Source: Podarcis melisellensis
Lineage: Eukaryota
Length of the DNA stretch: 64,000 bases
NCBI GenBank assembly: GCA_964234715.1
Contig: OZ174278.1
Direction: 5' to 3' (one strand)
Part shown: in pieces, positions 12,658 through 26,128 of the stretch
How positions within the stretch are numbered: position 1 is the first letter of the stretch
Layout of the letters: every line of letters begins with the position of its first letter
Position numbers and translations under genes: made by a program
The notes under the pieces: model-generated
Told to the model about the DNA's origin: nothing
The model's input: the letters and a program-made list of their open reading frames with translations, nothing else
Databases searched by the model: none

Positions 12658-13554
12658 ATCAGTAATCTCATGCAGAGCAGGTGCAGGGGATAGTGATTGG
12701 CAGTGAGCACCGAAGCTCTGAATTTGACTTATGCTCATATGATGCAGCTTAAAATGTGATGCATTGGCCGTCTCCTGAAGTGTCTCAACGTAACCAGCCT
12801 GCTTGCATGTCTATCTATGATCAAGAATATAATAGCACTTATTAAGATTAAATTTAAGATAATGAGAGTTCTAATTACTTACATTTTTTATGGTTGATAT
12901 TTTCCCTCAACAAATACTACCGGTAATGAATGGCATCAATTAATTATCTAATGTTAGTATAAAATATTGTAGGAGCTTAATTCTGATCTCGTTCCAAGTG
13001 AAACTTCCAGATATTTAAAAACCTTGAGAGGTAGTCTTGAGAAATGCTACATGCCACTACTTGCAGAGGGTTCAACAGGAATTTTCAGGATTGATAGTTG
13101 TTCATATAGCAGTATGGGCACATTTACATGCAAACACTTTATTTAGAATTTGAATATCATGAACCAGAATTTTTGAAAGTGCAGTACCTGTCCCTGCATT
13201 TCTTTGCTACTGATTCTAATGAGCCTATCTTTTGGAATTCAAGCCATCTGTCACAGCATGGCCAGTGCACAGAAAGGATGAAGACAAATGTAACAAGTAT
13301 TAGAACAGTGTGACCACCCTGAAAAAATATTCTGTTCAAACATATATTTTCTCGTAAGAAATGAAGTTGGGGGTGGTGAGCAGTTCTGCAAATCTGCAGT
13401 AAAAGCTAGTTGTGCAAGAGAGTGATTAGCACTAGTCTCATGATGACATCTCCATCTCTGTGACAATTTTGCAATTTGTTGGTTTTTTTAAAAAAAACAC
13501 AACTCTAATCAGCAAGGTGATGTAAATGGATGCATATGTATAAACATTCATGTA

Positions 13555-13779
13555 CAGTGGTACCTCGGGTTACATACGCTTCAGGTTACATGCGCTTCAG
13601 ATTACAGACTCCACTAACCCAGAAATAGTACCTCGGGTTAGGTACTTTGCTTCCGGATGAGAACAGAAATCGTGCAGCAGGAGGCCCCATTAGCTAAAGT
13701 GGTGCTTCAGGTTGAGAACAGTTTCAGGTTAAGAACAGACCTCCAGAACGAATTAAGTACTTAACCTGAGGTACCACTG
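13555..13779 (+). mobile_element. Tc1/mariner (pogo/Tigger-like) MITE, full length
   Basis: TIRs CAGTGGTACCTCGGGTTA / TAACCTGAGGTACCACTG with TA duplication on both sides. Confidence 0.92.
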
Positions 13780-14394
13780 TACTTTTTCTAAAACAACAGA
13801 AAGGGATACACCGTCCACTTGAAGCATGGCGGGGAGGGGGGGAGAGACAACAATGGCTGTGCCAGTTTTTGATATGATGATCATTTCATTATCTATTCCA
13901 GGAGAAAACTGAGCTCACCTCACAGCAGACATTATCTGAGCTCTATTACACATGTCTTCACCCTAAAATTACACAACCCCCTCATATCAGCTGCTTCACC
14001 ATCAGAGGACCTTTGGTGCCCAGCAAACCAAAAGCAGACATTTCACTCAGACTTATGATAGTTCAGTTTAGCCTGTGACAAGTCCTGGCATTATAGAGGT
14101 TGGGTAGCCATCTGCCATGGATGTTTTAGCTGAGATTTCTGCATCGTCTCAAGTAGCACACTAGTAGAGAGCATGATGCGACTGTTCACCTGACTTCCAC
14201 TTGGCTGCATTGCTTCTGCTGCGTACCGGGAGGTAGAGGAGGTATTGGAAGATGGCAGGGAGATTCATGTGCTACAAAAGTACCAGCAGAGTGCCAGATT
14301 GGCTCAGCTGGCTCATTTGCATACATACAGAGCCACCTCACTGCACCCCTGTGTCTACCAGCATGCGGCAGCAATGTGACCAACAGGAGGTCAG

Positions 14395-14653
14395 GTGGCC
14401 AGTACGATTCCAGGCACAATTCAAAGTGTTGTTGCTGACCTTTAAAGCCCTAAACAGCCTCGGCCCAGTATACGTGAAGGAGCATCTCCACCCCCTCGTT
14501 CAGCCCAGACACTGAGGTCCACCTCCAAGGGCCTTGTGGCGGTTCCCTCACTGTGAGAAGTGAGGTTACAGGGAACCACACAGAGGGCTTTCTCAGTAGT
14601 GGCGCCCGCCCTGTGGAACACGCTCCCATCAGATGTCAAGGAAATAAACAACT
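14395..14653 (+). mobile_element. L2-clade LINE 3' fragment, part 1
   Basis: Encodes WPVRFQAQFKVLLLTFKALNSLGPVYVKEHL...RAFSVVAPALWNTLP (L2 ORF2 C-terminus) and continues at 15284. Confidence 0.88.
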
Positions 14654-14662
14654 GCAGTCATA

Positions 14663-15017
14663 AGGTAAAGGTAAAGGGACCCCTGACCATTAGGTCCAGT
14701 CATGGCCGACTCTGGGTTTGCGGCGCTCATCTCGTTTTGTTGGCCAAGGGAGCCGGCGTACAGCTTCTGAGTCATGTGGCCAGCATGACTAAGCCGCTTC
14801 AGGCGAACCAGAGCAGCTCACGGAAAGGCCGTTTACCTTCCCGCTGGAGCGGTACCTATTTATCTACTTGCACTTTGATGTGCTTTCAAACTGCTAGGTT
14901 GGCAGGAGAAGGGACCGAGCAACGGGAGCTCACCCCGGCGCGGGGATTCGAACTGCCGACCTTCTGATCAGCAAGCCCTAGACTCTGTGGTTTAACCCAC
15001 AGCGCCCCCCGTGTCCC
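14663..15017 (-). mobile_element. Sauria SINE, full length, nested
   Basis: Homologous to 11602-11951; TSD AACT[G/A]CAGTCATA at 14650-14662 and 15019-15031. Confidence 0.95.
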
Positions 15018-15023
15018 TAACTA

Positions 15024-15283
15024 CAGTCATACCTCGAGATAAATATGCTTCAGGATAAGTATTTTCAGGTTGCGCTTCGTGGCAACCCGGAAGTAACAGA
15101 GCATGTTACTTCCGGTTTTTGCCACTCGTGCATGCACAGATGGTCAAAATGACATCACGTGCATACGCGGAAGCGGCGAAACGTGACCCGCGCAAGCACA
15201 GACACGCAGTCATGTCTTACATTCTGTTCAGGATGCGAACGGGGCTCCGGAACGGATCCTGTTCGCATCCCAAGGTACCAGTG
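15024..15283. mobile_element. Tc1/mariner (Tigger-like) MITE inserted into L2
   Basis: Ends CAGTCATACCTCGAGAT / ATCCCAAGGTACCAGTG, flanked by TA; related to 13555-13779. Confidence 0.8.
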
Positions 15284-15436
15284 TATCAGACTTTTAGAAG
15301 ACATCTGAAAGCAGCCCTGTATTGGGAAGTTTTTAATGTTTTATTGTGTTTTTAATATTCTGTTAGGAGCCGCCCAGAGTGGCTGGGGAAACCCAGCCAG
15401 ATGCGTGGGGTACAAACAAACAAACAAACAAACAAA
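15284..15436 (+). mobile_element. L2-clade LINE 3' fragment, part 2 (ORF end, UTR and tail)
   Basis: Encodes YQTFRRHLKAALYWEVF, then GCCGCCCAGAGTGGCTGGGGAAACCCAGCCAGATG and an (AAAC)n tail. Confidence 0.88.
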
Positions 15437-15931
15437 CTGTTGTTGTTGTCCCACCATGTCATTTACCACTGAAGCATCGCATTTATGATTAAAGTACAAC
15501 AAGCTATAAATTATTTAGTGGGACCCCGCAACCACTATAGGATGCCTTTTTTTCATGCATCACCTTGTCTCATGTTGTCACCATCTTTTATACATGAAGA
15601 ACTGCCTTGAAAGTTTTTAAAGGTTTCAGCTGACCTACAGGAAGCAAAAATATGTTGTGCATTCTATGGCCTGATACAAACTGGGAATTGTAAGGTTGCC
15701 ACAATAGATTACTGTACTGTACAGTGTGCAACCACGTTGGGGTTGCCATAATGTAGGAATTGCATGGTTGCTCCATGAGACAGCACTCTCTCTACAAACA
15801 AATTTTAATGGTTATGTGCTGTAGATTTAAAGTTTAGAATGCTGAAATAAAACTTAGGCTCATACCTGATGAATGGAGGCTCGTAACTAAAGGTGGCTGG
15901 GTGTTGTCTTTCTGCCTGAGAGGTCCATTTA

Positions 15932-16112
15932 GCTTCCCGCCAGAGCGGTACCTATTTATCTACTTGCACTTTGACGTGCTTTTGAACTGCTAGGTTGGTA
16001 GGAGCAGGGACCGAGCAATGGAAGCTCAACCCGTCATGTGGATTTGAACCGCCAACCTTCTGATCAGCAAGTCCTAGGCTCTGTGGTTTAACCCACAGCG
16101 CCACCCGCATCC
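15932..16112 (-). mobile_element. Sauria SINE 5' half
   Basis: CTTCCCGCCAGAGCGGTACCTATTTATCTAC...AACCCACAGCGCCACCCGCATCCC. Confidence 0.9.
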
Positions 16113-17234
16113 CTGAGGATGCTTAGTTGGTCCCTATTTTCATCTGAAGCATGTTGGATAATGGACGCTTGACGGATCCATTATCTTCCATTAACTTGCA
16201 TATGGGGAGAAATGGCTGGTGTGGGAAGTAGTCCACTCTCACCCTGAACCCTTGGGGTAACAGTATTAACTTACATGGGGGAAAGGGAAGAAATGGTTGC
16301 TGGTGGTGGGGAATCTCACCCATCCCCAGCAATGACTCTTTTACTTCCACCAGCACCAAGGGGCACCAGCCACCAGTCAGCTTAAGGATGGAGATACCCT
16401 ATGGGAAAGTTGGGGTTGTAATCTAAGAACCACTAGCCTTCTCTTCTGATATTGGTGTCATTGTTCCCATGCAGTTCTCCTCCGCTTATACTATTCCCAT
16501 GGCTTCTTCTTTCTTATGTTATTAGAGTGATATGAGATGGATCCACAAGGGAGCAGCAACCACATCACTACTGCTGCACAAGAATCCTGCCAGAGTCTCT
16601 CTCGGTTGAACGTGAGCTGGCTGTGTGCGGTAGATTTAAGCTTGAGAAGGCAGAAAGAAAACTGGGGAAAGTGTTGAGTAATGCTGTGCAGGATAAACTT
16701 CAGGCAAGTTCAACACTTTAATAAGAACTGAATGAGGAGCCCTTGCAAAGGAGCCCTTGCAATGCGCGCCGGTAATTTAAATGAGAGCGTTGCAGGGTTT
16801 ATATAAGCAATGCACTTTAAAATAATCGTAAAAAGTGCATTGTGTAATATCTAGCACAAAACTACGGGAAGAATAATCATTTGAGTAGTGTGGGTAACAT
16901 AAACTATTGTTAATGTACAGTAGCTGAAAAAGCATAGAGAATGCCATGTACTGTATAGTGGTCCTCAGTGGTGTAAGGCATTCTCACAATAAATTGTTCA
17001 ATAGAAGTGAGTGTATGCTAATTTTACAGACGGTATAGGACTCGCAATAGAGTGAGAATTTTTCTGCTCAAAATATAAGAACAAAACCAGGAAGGCGACC
17101 TCACTCAATTGGAATAGTAGAATGAATTACATTATGATTTTAAAACTGATAATAGACTCCTAGCTAAACTGGTAAAAATTTTCCTTGCATGTATTTATTT
17201 CTAACTGCCCCCCCCCCTCCACACCGCCCAAGTG

Positions 17235-17390
17235 NNNNNNNNNNNNNNNNNNNNNNNNNNNNNNNNNNNNNNNNNNNNNNNNNNNNNNNNNNNNNNNNNN
17301 NNNNNNNNNNNNNNNNNNNNNNNNNNNNNNNNNNNNNNNNNNNNNNNNNNNNNNNNNNNNNNNNNNNNNNNNNNNNNNNNNNNNNNNNNN
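17235..17390. other. Assembly gap
   Basis: Run of N. Confidence 1.
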
Positions 17391-17813
17391 ACGGTTACTC
17401 TGGTAACGAAAGCCTTTCTGGTGTTAGGCCTTTTCAGTTACTTCAGCTATTAAACCCTCCGGTTGAGACAAAAGCAAGGCGGTGTACAGACACTTCCCTC
17501 TAAAGCAAATCTCAGGGCTGAGGAAAAACTTGCAGTGAAATGAAATGCAGCTTCTAATCAGATTGTTGTGTTTCATTCAAGGACTATTTGTGACTATGCC
17601 TGTTTAGGAAAGCTATTGCCTGTTGGGTAGTTAATAATGTTGCAAAGGTACATGGCCTCTCTCCTGAGGGGAATTCTTCAGTGATAAGGAAGCCAGTTTT
17701 TAATTTTTTGTGGCTGGACTCACAAGCAAACCTGAGTTGATGCAGAGTGACCTTATTTCCTTCCTCCCAGCCCCCTCCCTGCCTATCACAATACATTTAC
17801 TTTGTGTTGTGGT

Positions 17814-17961
17814 CAGTGCTTTTTTCTAAAAAAAAATGTTTAGGGGTACTCTCATTTTCCTACTCATATTGAAATAACGCCCCTCAATGAGGCCAAACTT
17901 AGATTCACAAAATGTTTAGGGGTATGTGTACCCCTTCATCACCCCAGAAAAAAAAACACTG
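17814..17961. mobile_element. MITE with CAGTG(C)TTTTTTTCT termini (probably hAT)
   Basis: Inverted ends CAGTGCTTTTTTCT / AGAAAAAAAAACACTG and an internal repeat AAAATGTTTAGGGGTA x2; no clear TSD. Confidence 0.65.
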
Positions 17962-19248
17962 GTCCCAGCCATCCTAAGTCCAGAATGCAGAATTTTCAAA
18001 ATTCAGCAGAAAAGATGCAGCACACTTAATGATTAACCCTTCAAGTGATTGCCATTGCACTACTGGTGAAAACTTATGTGACCCAGTTTGGTACAGATGA
18101 TTCTAACAGCTAGGGGGAAAGGTAACGTGAAAACAGAGTCATATAATGTTTCATGCAGCTAAGATAGTAGTGGATGTGATTCTCGTTTGGAATCAGTAGG
18201 TGTAGGCAGACTCCTGAATTATCTTGTTCTTCAAAATAGTAATGCTTTTCACCTTAGGTAGAGGTTTCTTGTTGCCAGCTCTTACTTTCCTTACATTTTT
18301 TTCCTTCTTCTGTTGGTGTGTACTATTCTAAGAAAGTGGAGGGTGGGGGGGAAGAGAACGGAATTTTCACAGGAAGAAACAGAAGACTAAATAGACCGCA
18401 AATAATATGCTTCACAACCGAACAATCCATTCTCACTTTAACATGGTCAAACTAAGTAACACTAAACACTGTAATACCCATGGTGATAAACCACTTTGAG
18501 CTGCAAAGTATTCAATTATTTTTCATTTGAACTATTAAATGTGTCACACAGAAATTCCCCAATGCTGTTTTCACCTACATATATTACCATATTTTGGGGG
18601 GGTGGAGGAGGGGGGAACACCACACACACCTTTGTCCTATCAGAAGGCAATTCATAGAAAGAAACACTCAGGTCGGAATATAGCAACTAAATTAATACCA
18701 GGTGACATTTGTTAACAGTTAGGAAAAACACTGGCACAGCATTTACAAATCTAAAGCATCTTTTTTTCCCCCTCCTGCATATTGGAGAGAGTAATATATT
18801 CTTAGATGACCTCATTTCAATCATATGTTGCACATAGCCATATAAGATGCTTATTTATACATAGCAAAGCAGCAAAAAATGTTGGGTTTTTTTGTTTCCC
18901 AATGGTGCTTGTTTCTAAGAACGCCCACTGCCTCCTGAACGATTTTGGGATTTTTAGAGATTAAAATGTGTGCTTTAAGTTTAAATGCCAGCAAGAACCC
19001 AAATAACTAAATAGTAAGTGTGGTGCAAGGCCTGAGGTGCAAGGAGGGCCTTCCCCCCCCCTTCAACCCATGTTTGTATGGTACACAAGTTGTCCCGAAT
19101 CAGTTGCTTGGTGAATATTGTGAGATGCAGCTCTGGCCAGCTGTGGGCTGGTTCTTATGAAAGGCATCTGAACAGCTGACTGTGTTCCAGACAGTGAGGA
19201 ATGAACTCTAAGGTGGCCAGCAACTAAGGCTGCAATCTTATGCCTGAA

Positions 19249-19487
19249 AGGGACGCAGGTGGCACTGTGGGTTAAACCACAGAGCCTAGGACTTGCTGAT
19301 CAGAAGGTCAGCGGTTCAAATCCCCGCAATGGGGTGAGCTCTCATTGCTCAGTCCCTGCTCCTGCCAACCTAGCAGTTCAAAAGCATGTCAAAAGTGCAA
19401 GTAGATAAATAGGTACCGCTCTGGCAGGAAGGTAAACGGCGTTTCCGTGAGCTGCTTTGGTTTGCCAGAAGTGGCTTAGTCATGCTG
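19249..19487 (+). mobile_element. Sauria SINE, 3'-truncated
   Basis: GGGACGCAGGTGGCACTGTGGGTTAAACC head; homology ends at GTCATGCTGG. Confidence 0.92.
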
Positions 19488-20074
19488 GGGGGAAAGTGCA
19501 GAGATGGCAATGTTTACTATCCACAGCCTAGCTTTACATGAAACTTCACTAATGGTGGGCTGTGTTATCTCTCAAGGAAAAAACACACCCACAAAGAAGC
19601 AGAGGAGAGTGAGAGGAGAGAATGAGTAAGGGGTGGTCACAGGTAATACTCAGCTTGTGCTTCAGTGCATTATACTCTTATATCTAAAAAAGAAAAAGTG
19701 TACATTAAAAAATATAGCTGCCAATTTAAATAAGTGCCAGAAGCAAGGCTAGTTTGCTGAATCACTGCAGCTCTCTCTGTATTTCAGTATATTAATCTAC
19801 AGTGCCTTTGTAGTGTTTGCACTTAAGTTTTCTTTAGTTCCTGTGCTGCACCTGCCCATCCCCTTCAACGTTCACCTGGAGAAGAATGTTCCATCTATTA
19901 GCATGCGCCTCTTTCCTTCCTGGTGAGGGCTGCTATGCTTTGGGGAACTGGAATTCAGCTTGTTTGGAGGGTCCTCTTCCCTTGGAATCTCCTCAACAGC
20001 TGCCTGGAGATTCTGATCTGGAGATTCTGATAGGGGAGCCAGGCACTGGGAAACTATTCCCCACCCCCTGGTCC

Positions 20075-20800
20075 CTCCCAGGACCAACAAGACTGTAATA
20101 GCTCTTGCCCAGTCACAAATATCCCCCTCTTCAACAAGGTGCTTGAGATGGTGGTGGTCATTCAATTACAGGCATGGTTGGAGAAAATGAAATATTTTGG
20201 CCCATTTCAATATGGTTTCACCACTGAAATAGCTTTGGTTGTCTTAATGGAAGTTCTGTACTGGGATATAGACAGGGTGAATGCATCCCTGTTAGTTCTC
20301 CTGTGGCTATTGATTCCATCAATCATGGTGTTGTCCCGGATCAACCTGCAGGTTGAGAGTTAGAGAAATAGTCTTTTTGTAATGGTGGTTTCAGCGAGTA
20401 GCTCTGGGGATGCTTGTTTGGCCTCATGACAGTGCTATTGTTGCATGAAGTTATGAGAACTGTGGCTCACCAGAAGGCTTTCTACACAAGAGCACCCAAG
20501 CTATGGAGCATTCCCTCCATGAACTTTTACTGACACCAATCTGGGTTATTTTTCAGTTCCAGCTGAAGATTCTTCTCTTCTGCCAAGCTTTCTGAGTTTG
20601 CCATTAATATGCCTAAGAGATACTTCTTTGTGCTCCAAGTTATAGGCTATTCTGACTAATATATTTAATAGGAGAAGGATCATTTTATTTTCAAAGGTAT
20701 TCTATTTTGCTTCCATTGTACACTGTGTTTTAAATTGTTTTGACCCACCCTAGTATCACATGCAACGAGGGGCAGGATATAAATTTAATCAATTAATTAA
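20075..20800 (+). mobile_element. Old L2-clade LINE: degenerate RT fragment joined to the 3' end
   Basis: LEMVVVIQLQAWLE...GPFQYGF-TTEIALVVLMEVL...ASLLVLL resembles the L2/CR1 RT motif (DPFQSGFR..STETAL..L.DDL...SVLILLDLS). A later segment resembles RAF...PKLW..LP and an L2-like terminus lies near 20740-20790. Confidence 0.7.
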
Positions 20801-21723
20801 TAGTTTAAAATAATCTAAAATTAATATTGGGGGGACAGAAAAGGAGACATGAGATGACACTGGGAAAATGTAGATCAAAGGTCAAAAGTTTAAGGCTTTC
20901 ACAGAAGGATCAGAAGGAAAAGGAAGAGGTGGTGCCAAATACTCTGCTCACTTCATCTTTATATAACTAAGTGAATGGGCTCCTGCAAATATAATGTGGA
21001 AATATTTATCTAAGAGATCAAATGTACGTATGGTTTGACAGTGGTGAGCCATTTAATTAAACAAACTCTTAGAGGCAAGTATTCATGCTAAGCTGTAGAT
21101 ACACTATCACTTATTAATGCTACCGTTCCTTAAATTAGTCAAACATGTGTGCGCTAATGTGTTACGTGGAAGTTGCCAGTCTGGTAGACAAGAGGGAGCG
21201 ATGTCTAAAGTTTTGTCTTGCGTGCAGAAAAAAAAAGGAAAAACAAGTGTTTTAGGGTTTTTGGTGGTGTTGTTTTTTGCAAACTATGGATATAAGTTCA
21301 CATGTACCCATAGCTTCTCAAACATTTCATCACAAAGGATATTCAGATTCTTGTGGGGCATTTTCACTGCTTGTGTGATACACACAAGCACCAGCTGCCT
21401 GCTTGGCTGTGTCTACTGAACTGTCAGATGATTTTGGTCTTATTTAGGCACCATGACCAGCTTTAGGGTGGGGGGCGTGTCTACAAATACAGTCAGCAGG
21501 CTGCCAGCAGTGACTATAAATGCTTTCTGACAAACATTGCTTGCTCTGGATGACTAGTGGTGTAGTGTACAACTTGAAAGCCTCATTGTAACCTCATTCA
21601 CTTGTCAGAGCAAGGAAAACCTGCCATTTACCTTGGCAGTCCGGCAAATGACTACATCACTCATTGGGGGGCAGGGGGTCCTCACCACTGTAATCCCTTG
21701 GGCTCCCTTTCCACTGCTTAGTG

Positions 21724-21860
21724 CAGGCACCCCCAAACTTGACCCTCCAGATGTTTTTGGGACTACAGTTCCCATCATACCTGACCACTGGTCCTGTTAG
21801 CTAGGGATGATGGGAGTTGTAGTCCCAAAACATCTGGAGGACCCAGTTTGGGGATGCCTG
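21724..21860. mobile_element. hAT palindromic MITE
   Basis: TIRs CAGGCACCCCCAAACT / AGTTTGGGGATGCCTG with 8-bp TSD GCTTAG[T/C]G. Confidence 0.9.
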
Positions 21861-22044
21861 GCTTAGCGTGACCTGAGAGTTCCAATTGCCCATCCTCTTA
21901 GTGCAGATTCTTACCACTGTTTCAGTTATGTATTTATTTTGCATGGATGGTGTTATGTCTGATATCCAGTGCAGGTTCAGGGATGTTTTTGTATAGTGAC
22001 AGTGTTGTTGTTGTTGTTTCTGCTGCCCCCCCCCAAACATTGGA

Positions 22045-22490
22045 TAAGGATGGGGAAGAAATGGTTTTTTTCCATTTTAATGAGCAATTATCTAATTTGT
22101 GAACCATATGCGAACCAAACAAATTTTTAATGCAATTTAGCCAACCAATGTGTACAAGAATGTATACAGGACATTAAGGTGAAGGGCAGTTAATAAGTAC
22201 ATTGGTGATGATGGTGATTATGATGATGATACAGGAAAGTGTGCATAAAAATGCATATATTAGTGAAAATAACAGAGACTAATGTATTGTATTAAGGGGA
22301 AATGGTTGCGAAAATGTGTGCATTACTCAAAACTGCTTACATAAATGTGTATATTACAAGAAATTCGTATTCAAATGCTGGCGAATCTTCATGAGGATTT
22401 TTGAAAGAAAAAAATCGCAAATTGCTGCAGAAATCTAAAGAAGGTGATAAACCCGGAAAAGCCGGAATTGACACGATTCATCCATCCCTA
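22045..22490 (+). mobile_element. AT-rich non-autonomous DNA element with TAGGGATG-type termini (hAT-like)
   Basis: Ends TAAGGATGG / CCATCCCTA; body homologous to 60916-61344 and to the reverse copy at 26980-27404. Confidence 0.65.
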
Positions 22491-24516
22491 ACACCGAATA
22501 GTCAAAATGATTTGAGCAAATCAGTTTCACTTTGGCTAAATGCTATCATTATGAATCACTTTCATTTTCCTCTTATTTTTTTTATGCCAAGAGAATGTTA
22601 CACACATCAGATTTCAGAAGCAGAAGGTTTTCCGCTCCCCAGTATCTGGTCAACCTTGCTGCATATACAGGGTTAAATTAAATTATCGAGACCCTGAAAT
22701 TATTCTAAATGTGATTCACACTCTTCACTAATATTTAACTGGAATCCTCTCCAGTGCAGCTTGTTTAGAACCTCTTGTTCTCAATGTTTACAGAAGACCA
22801 GGACCAACTTCTAGCAGCGTTCATGTTTTTGAAAGATAGCATCATGCATTCTTCAGGTTTCCTTTAATGCCTATCATTTTTATAAGCCAATTCTAACTAT
22901 ATTCCTGGAAGTGGATCCCACTGGTGTCAGTGGGTCATTTGTCCAAGTAAATTTTCTTGGGGTGTAGACACAGTCTAATTCTGCTCACATTTACTCAGAA
23001 GTAAGTTAAAAAAAAGTAGTAGTAACTTTCAGGGGACTTGTAAGTATGAGCCACCTCCATGTGAGCTGCTACAAGGAGGAAGATTACCAAGGTTCTAAGT
23101 TTTGCCAAAAAGTTGAGATGATGCTCCATATATAATAACACCATCTACATATTTGTTGGTAGCCCTATTCTCACTTCCTCTGCACCAACAAGGGTAGCCA
23201 GTATTCCAGATGTTGTACTACAGATCCCATCATTCACGACCGTTGGTTTTTACAGGTTGGGGCTGATGGGAGTTGTAGTCCAAAAACATATGGAGGGCAC
23301 CACATTGGCTCTCTTTGCTGCTAGTTAACATGACCCACTCTCTACCACCAGCCTTACTTTTTGTCACTGTCATAGCCTGCCTTCTCCCATTCATCTTTGG
23401 TTTTCTAGGCTTCTGAGATTTTACTACAGGTCCAAAGACAGTCCCACAAAATAACACAGATCTATCTTGCCTTTGCTCAGAACATTTATCCACAAACTCA
23501 CCTCTTAAGCACGATCTCCCTTTATCTTTTGTTGCAACTAGCTGAACGGCTAGGATAAATCCTACTCAGAGAACATTTCTTTCTAGGTACCATTGATTGA
23601 TCGGATAAGAGGAATTAGCTGATTACTAAATGTTAACCGAATAGTAAAAAAAACATACTGTATGAAATAATGTGTGCCTATTCAGAAAAAAATATGCCTG
23701 GTCTGCGGAGGTGTTTACTTATTGTGTTTTAAACAGTGTTCACTATATTTTCTTGTATTTATAAATTCTGCAAATTATATCCTAAAATATACAGGCATGA
23801 ATGGAAAGCAACAGACCCACTGGATTAATCTGTATATTTTAATGCAAAGGGCATTTTATGCCAAACAGACAATAAACACAGGCTATTATTTTTCTTTCTC
23901 TGAATTCCTTTATTTGAATACAGCAGCATCTGTAACAACAGTGTGTTTGTATTATATCAAGTCTTACTGTATGTTTATTAATATGTCTTGAGCTATAGAA
24001 AACAGAAGAGACTTTCCCCTCTTCACACTGAAAACATTGTATTTGTTATTAATATCAAGTTATATATGCTATCATTTTTTAGAGAGGAAATGCAGATGTC
24101 ATTTTAGACTATAAATAATTTGGATTAACTGGGTGGAATTGGTTTGCTTTGTTTTTTGGATTCATAACACAAAATTATTGAGGAAGGCTAGGAAAGGAAG
24201 TGGAAAAGTATAATATAGCCTTAACAGCGTGTTACTTGCACTTTACGCCTTAGGCCCTTTATGCAAAATTTCATGAAGTAAATAGTTTGCTTTATTGTCA
24301 TTGTCCCATCCATTAACATGCATTCTTTCTTTATTTTGTTGCTGTATCTTTCCTTGAAAAGTTCCTGGAAATGTAGGGCAGCTGAACTGCGACACAAACT
24401 TCTACCAGTTTGCCACGCCCTTCACCAAGGAATCTTGGGAACAGGGAACCCCTGTTATAGATTGGGGACAATTACCATGTTTCCCAGCAGCCCCCTGTGC
24501 CCCATCTCATATTGTT

Positions 24517-24733
24517 CAAGTTACAAGAAAGGAGATTCCGACTAAACATCAGGAAGACAGCAGGAGCTGTTTGATAGTGGAACAAACGGAATCCCTTGGG
24601 GTTTGTGGAATCTCCTTCCTTGGAGGTTTTTAAGCAGAGGTTGAGACGCCATCTGCCATGGATAAGCTGAGATTTCTGCATTGCAGGGGGTAGACTACAC
24701 AACCCTTGGTGTCCCTTCCAATTCTATGATTCA
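24517..24733 (+). mobile_element. CR1 LINE 3' end
   Basis: CAAGAAAGGAGATTCCGACTAAACATCAGGAAG...TCTCCTTCCTTGGAGGTTTTTAAGCAGAGG...CCCTTCCAATTCTATGATTC, including the CR1 octamer-type tail. Confidence 0.85.
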
Positions 24734-25896
24734 AGAAAGTTCATTGGTCATCTAGAAGTGTGTTTTGGGTGGGCTTCAGAACCTCCATCACCTTCCTAAA
24801 CCACTGTACGCTTAGACCTTTTGTTTTCACTGAGAGGAAAGAGGGGCCAGCCTGTTTTCAGTCATTTCGGTTGTATTTCTGTAAAGTAGCTTTGAATTTC
24901 AGCTGCTAACTACAGTAGTTGCAAAGAAATGGCAGTTGGCAGGAAGGTGCTCCAACTGTATATATTCCCCACCCGCCTCCCTTGGTGATGTCAATACAAA
25001 ACAGAATACTGCCCCCTATATAAAAAGCCTAAATATTTCCCGATACATTTGTACTTATTTTTATTACTTGTACCTATATGTTACAACAAGAGGAGAGGAC
25101 GTAATTTTATTTTTACACAAATCAGCTACTTAAAGTAAATTGAGATATATAGAATTTGCCAATGAAATGAATGATTTGATGTGAATAAAAGAGGTGGAGT
25201 GTTGTAAATCAGTACTGACAGCCAAATGGGAAAAATTGACAGAGTACTGTAATCACTCCCAACATCCACTGAAGTTATTGATCCAGAACCTCTATAATCC
25301 CCTTCACATAACACAAGCAATTTCATATAATACCTGTAATAACAGCGCATTCAAACTCAAGTAGCCATCAGAAGCTTTGAATCTAATGGTGAACAGGCCT
25401 CTGCTGCGTAAGTGTAACAACTAGAGCACACACACACAAAAAGCCAATGACTTCTGCCTTTCATAGGTAACGGCCTATGATAAGAGGTAGTTCAAAAGAT
25501 AAACAGTGTCTAATGCCAAGGAAAATGAGCTATTAATTGCTTTGCTTGCTAAATATGTTGTAAAGGCCGAAAGCCCTAGGTGCAAAATTGAGAGAATGTA
25601 AACTGGATTTTGGGGACTGATAAAACTCCTTACTGTTATCCATATGGCAGCTATCTGATGTTAATTACAACAGAGGCAAGGCAGCTGAGAGGTATTTAGT
25701 TGCTGGGTCATTACATCCTTCCCAGGTGTCTCTCCCCTGAAATGTTCCACCCGTTTTTTTACAAGCTCCTTCTCTCACTGATGGATTATTCCAGAGCCTT
25801 ATCAAAGCTTTGCCAGCTCCTCATTAATATATAGAGCAAGCTGCACTGTTCTATATATCATTGTCTTCTACTTGGGGAGGGCTAATCAGTCAACCA

Positions 25897-26128
25897 NNNN
25901 NNNNNNNNNNNNNNNNNNNNNNNNNNNNNNNNNNNNNNNNNNNNNNNNNNNNNNNNNNNNNNNNNNNNNNNNNNNNNNNNNNNNNNNNNNNNNNNNNNNN
26001 NNNNNNNNNNNNNNNNNNNNNNNNNNNNNNNNNNNNNNNNNNNNNNNNNNNNNNNNNNNNNNNNNNNNNNNNNNNNNNNNNNNNNNNNNNNNNNNNNNNN
26101 NNNNNNNNNNNNNNNNNNNNNNNNNNNN
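25897..26128. other. Assembly gap
   Basis: Run of N. Confidence 1.

Noticed and set aside
17185-17503. ORFs spanning N runs (also near 25861-26259 and 32333-32732)
   Set aside because: They are artefacts of assembly gaps.
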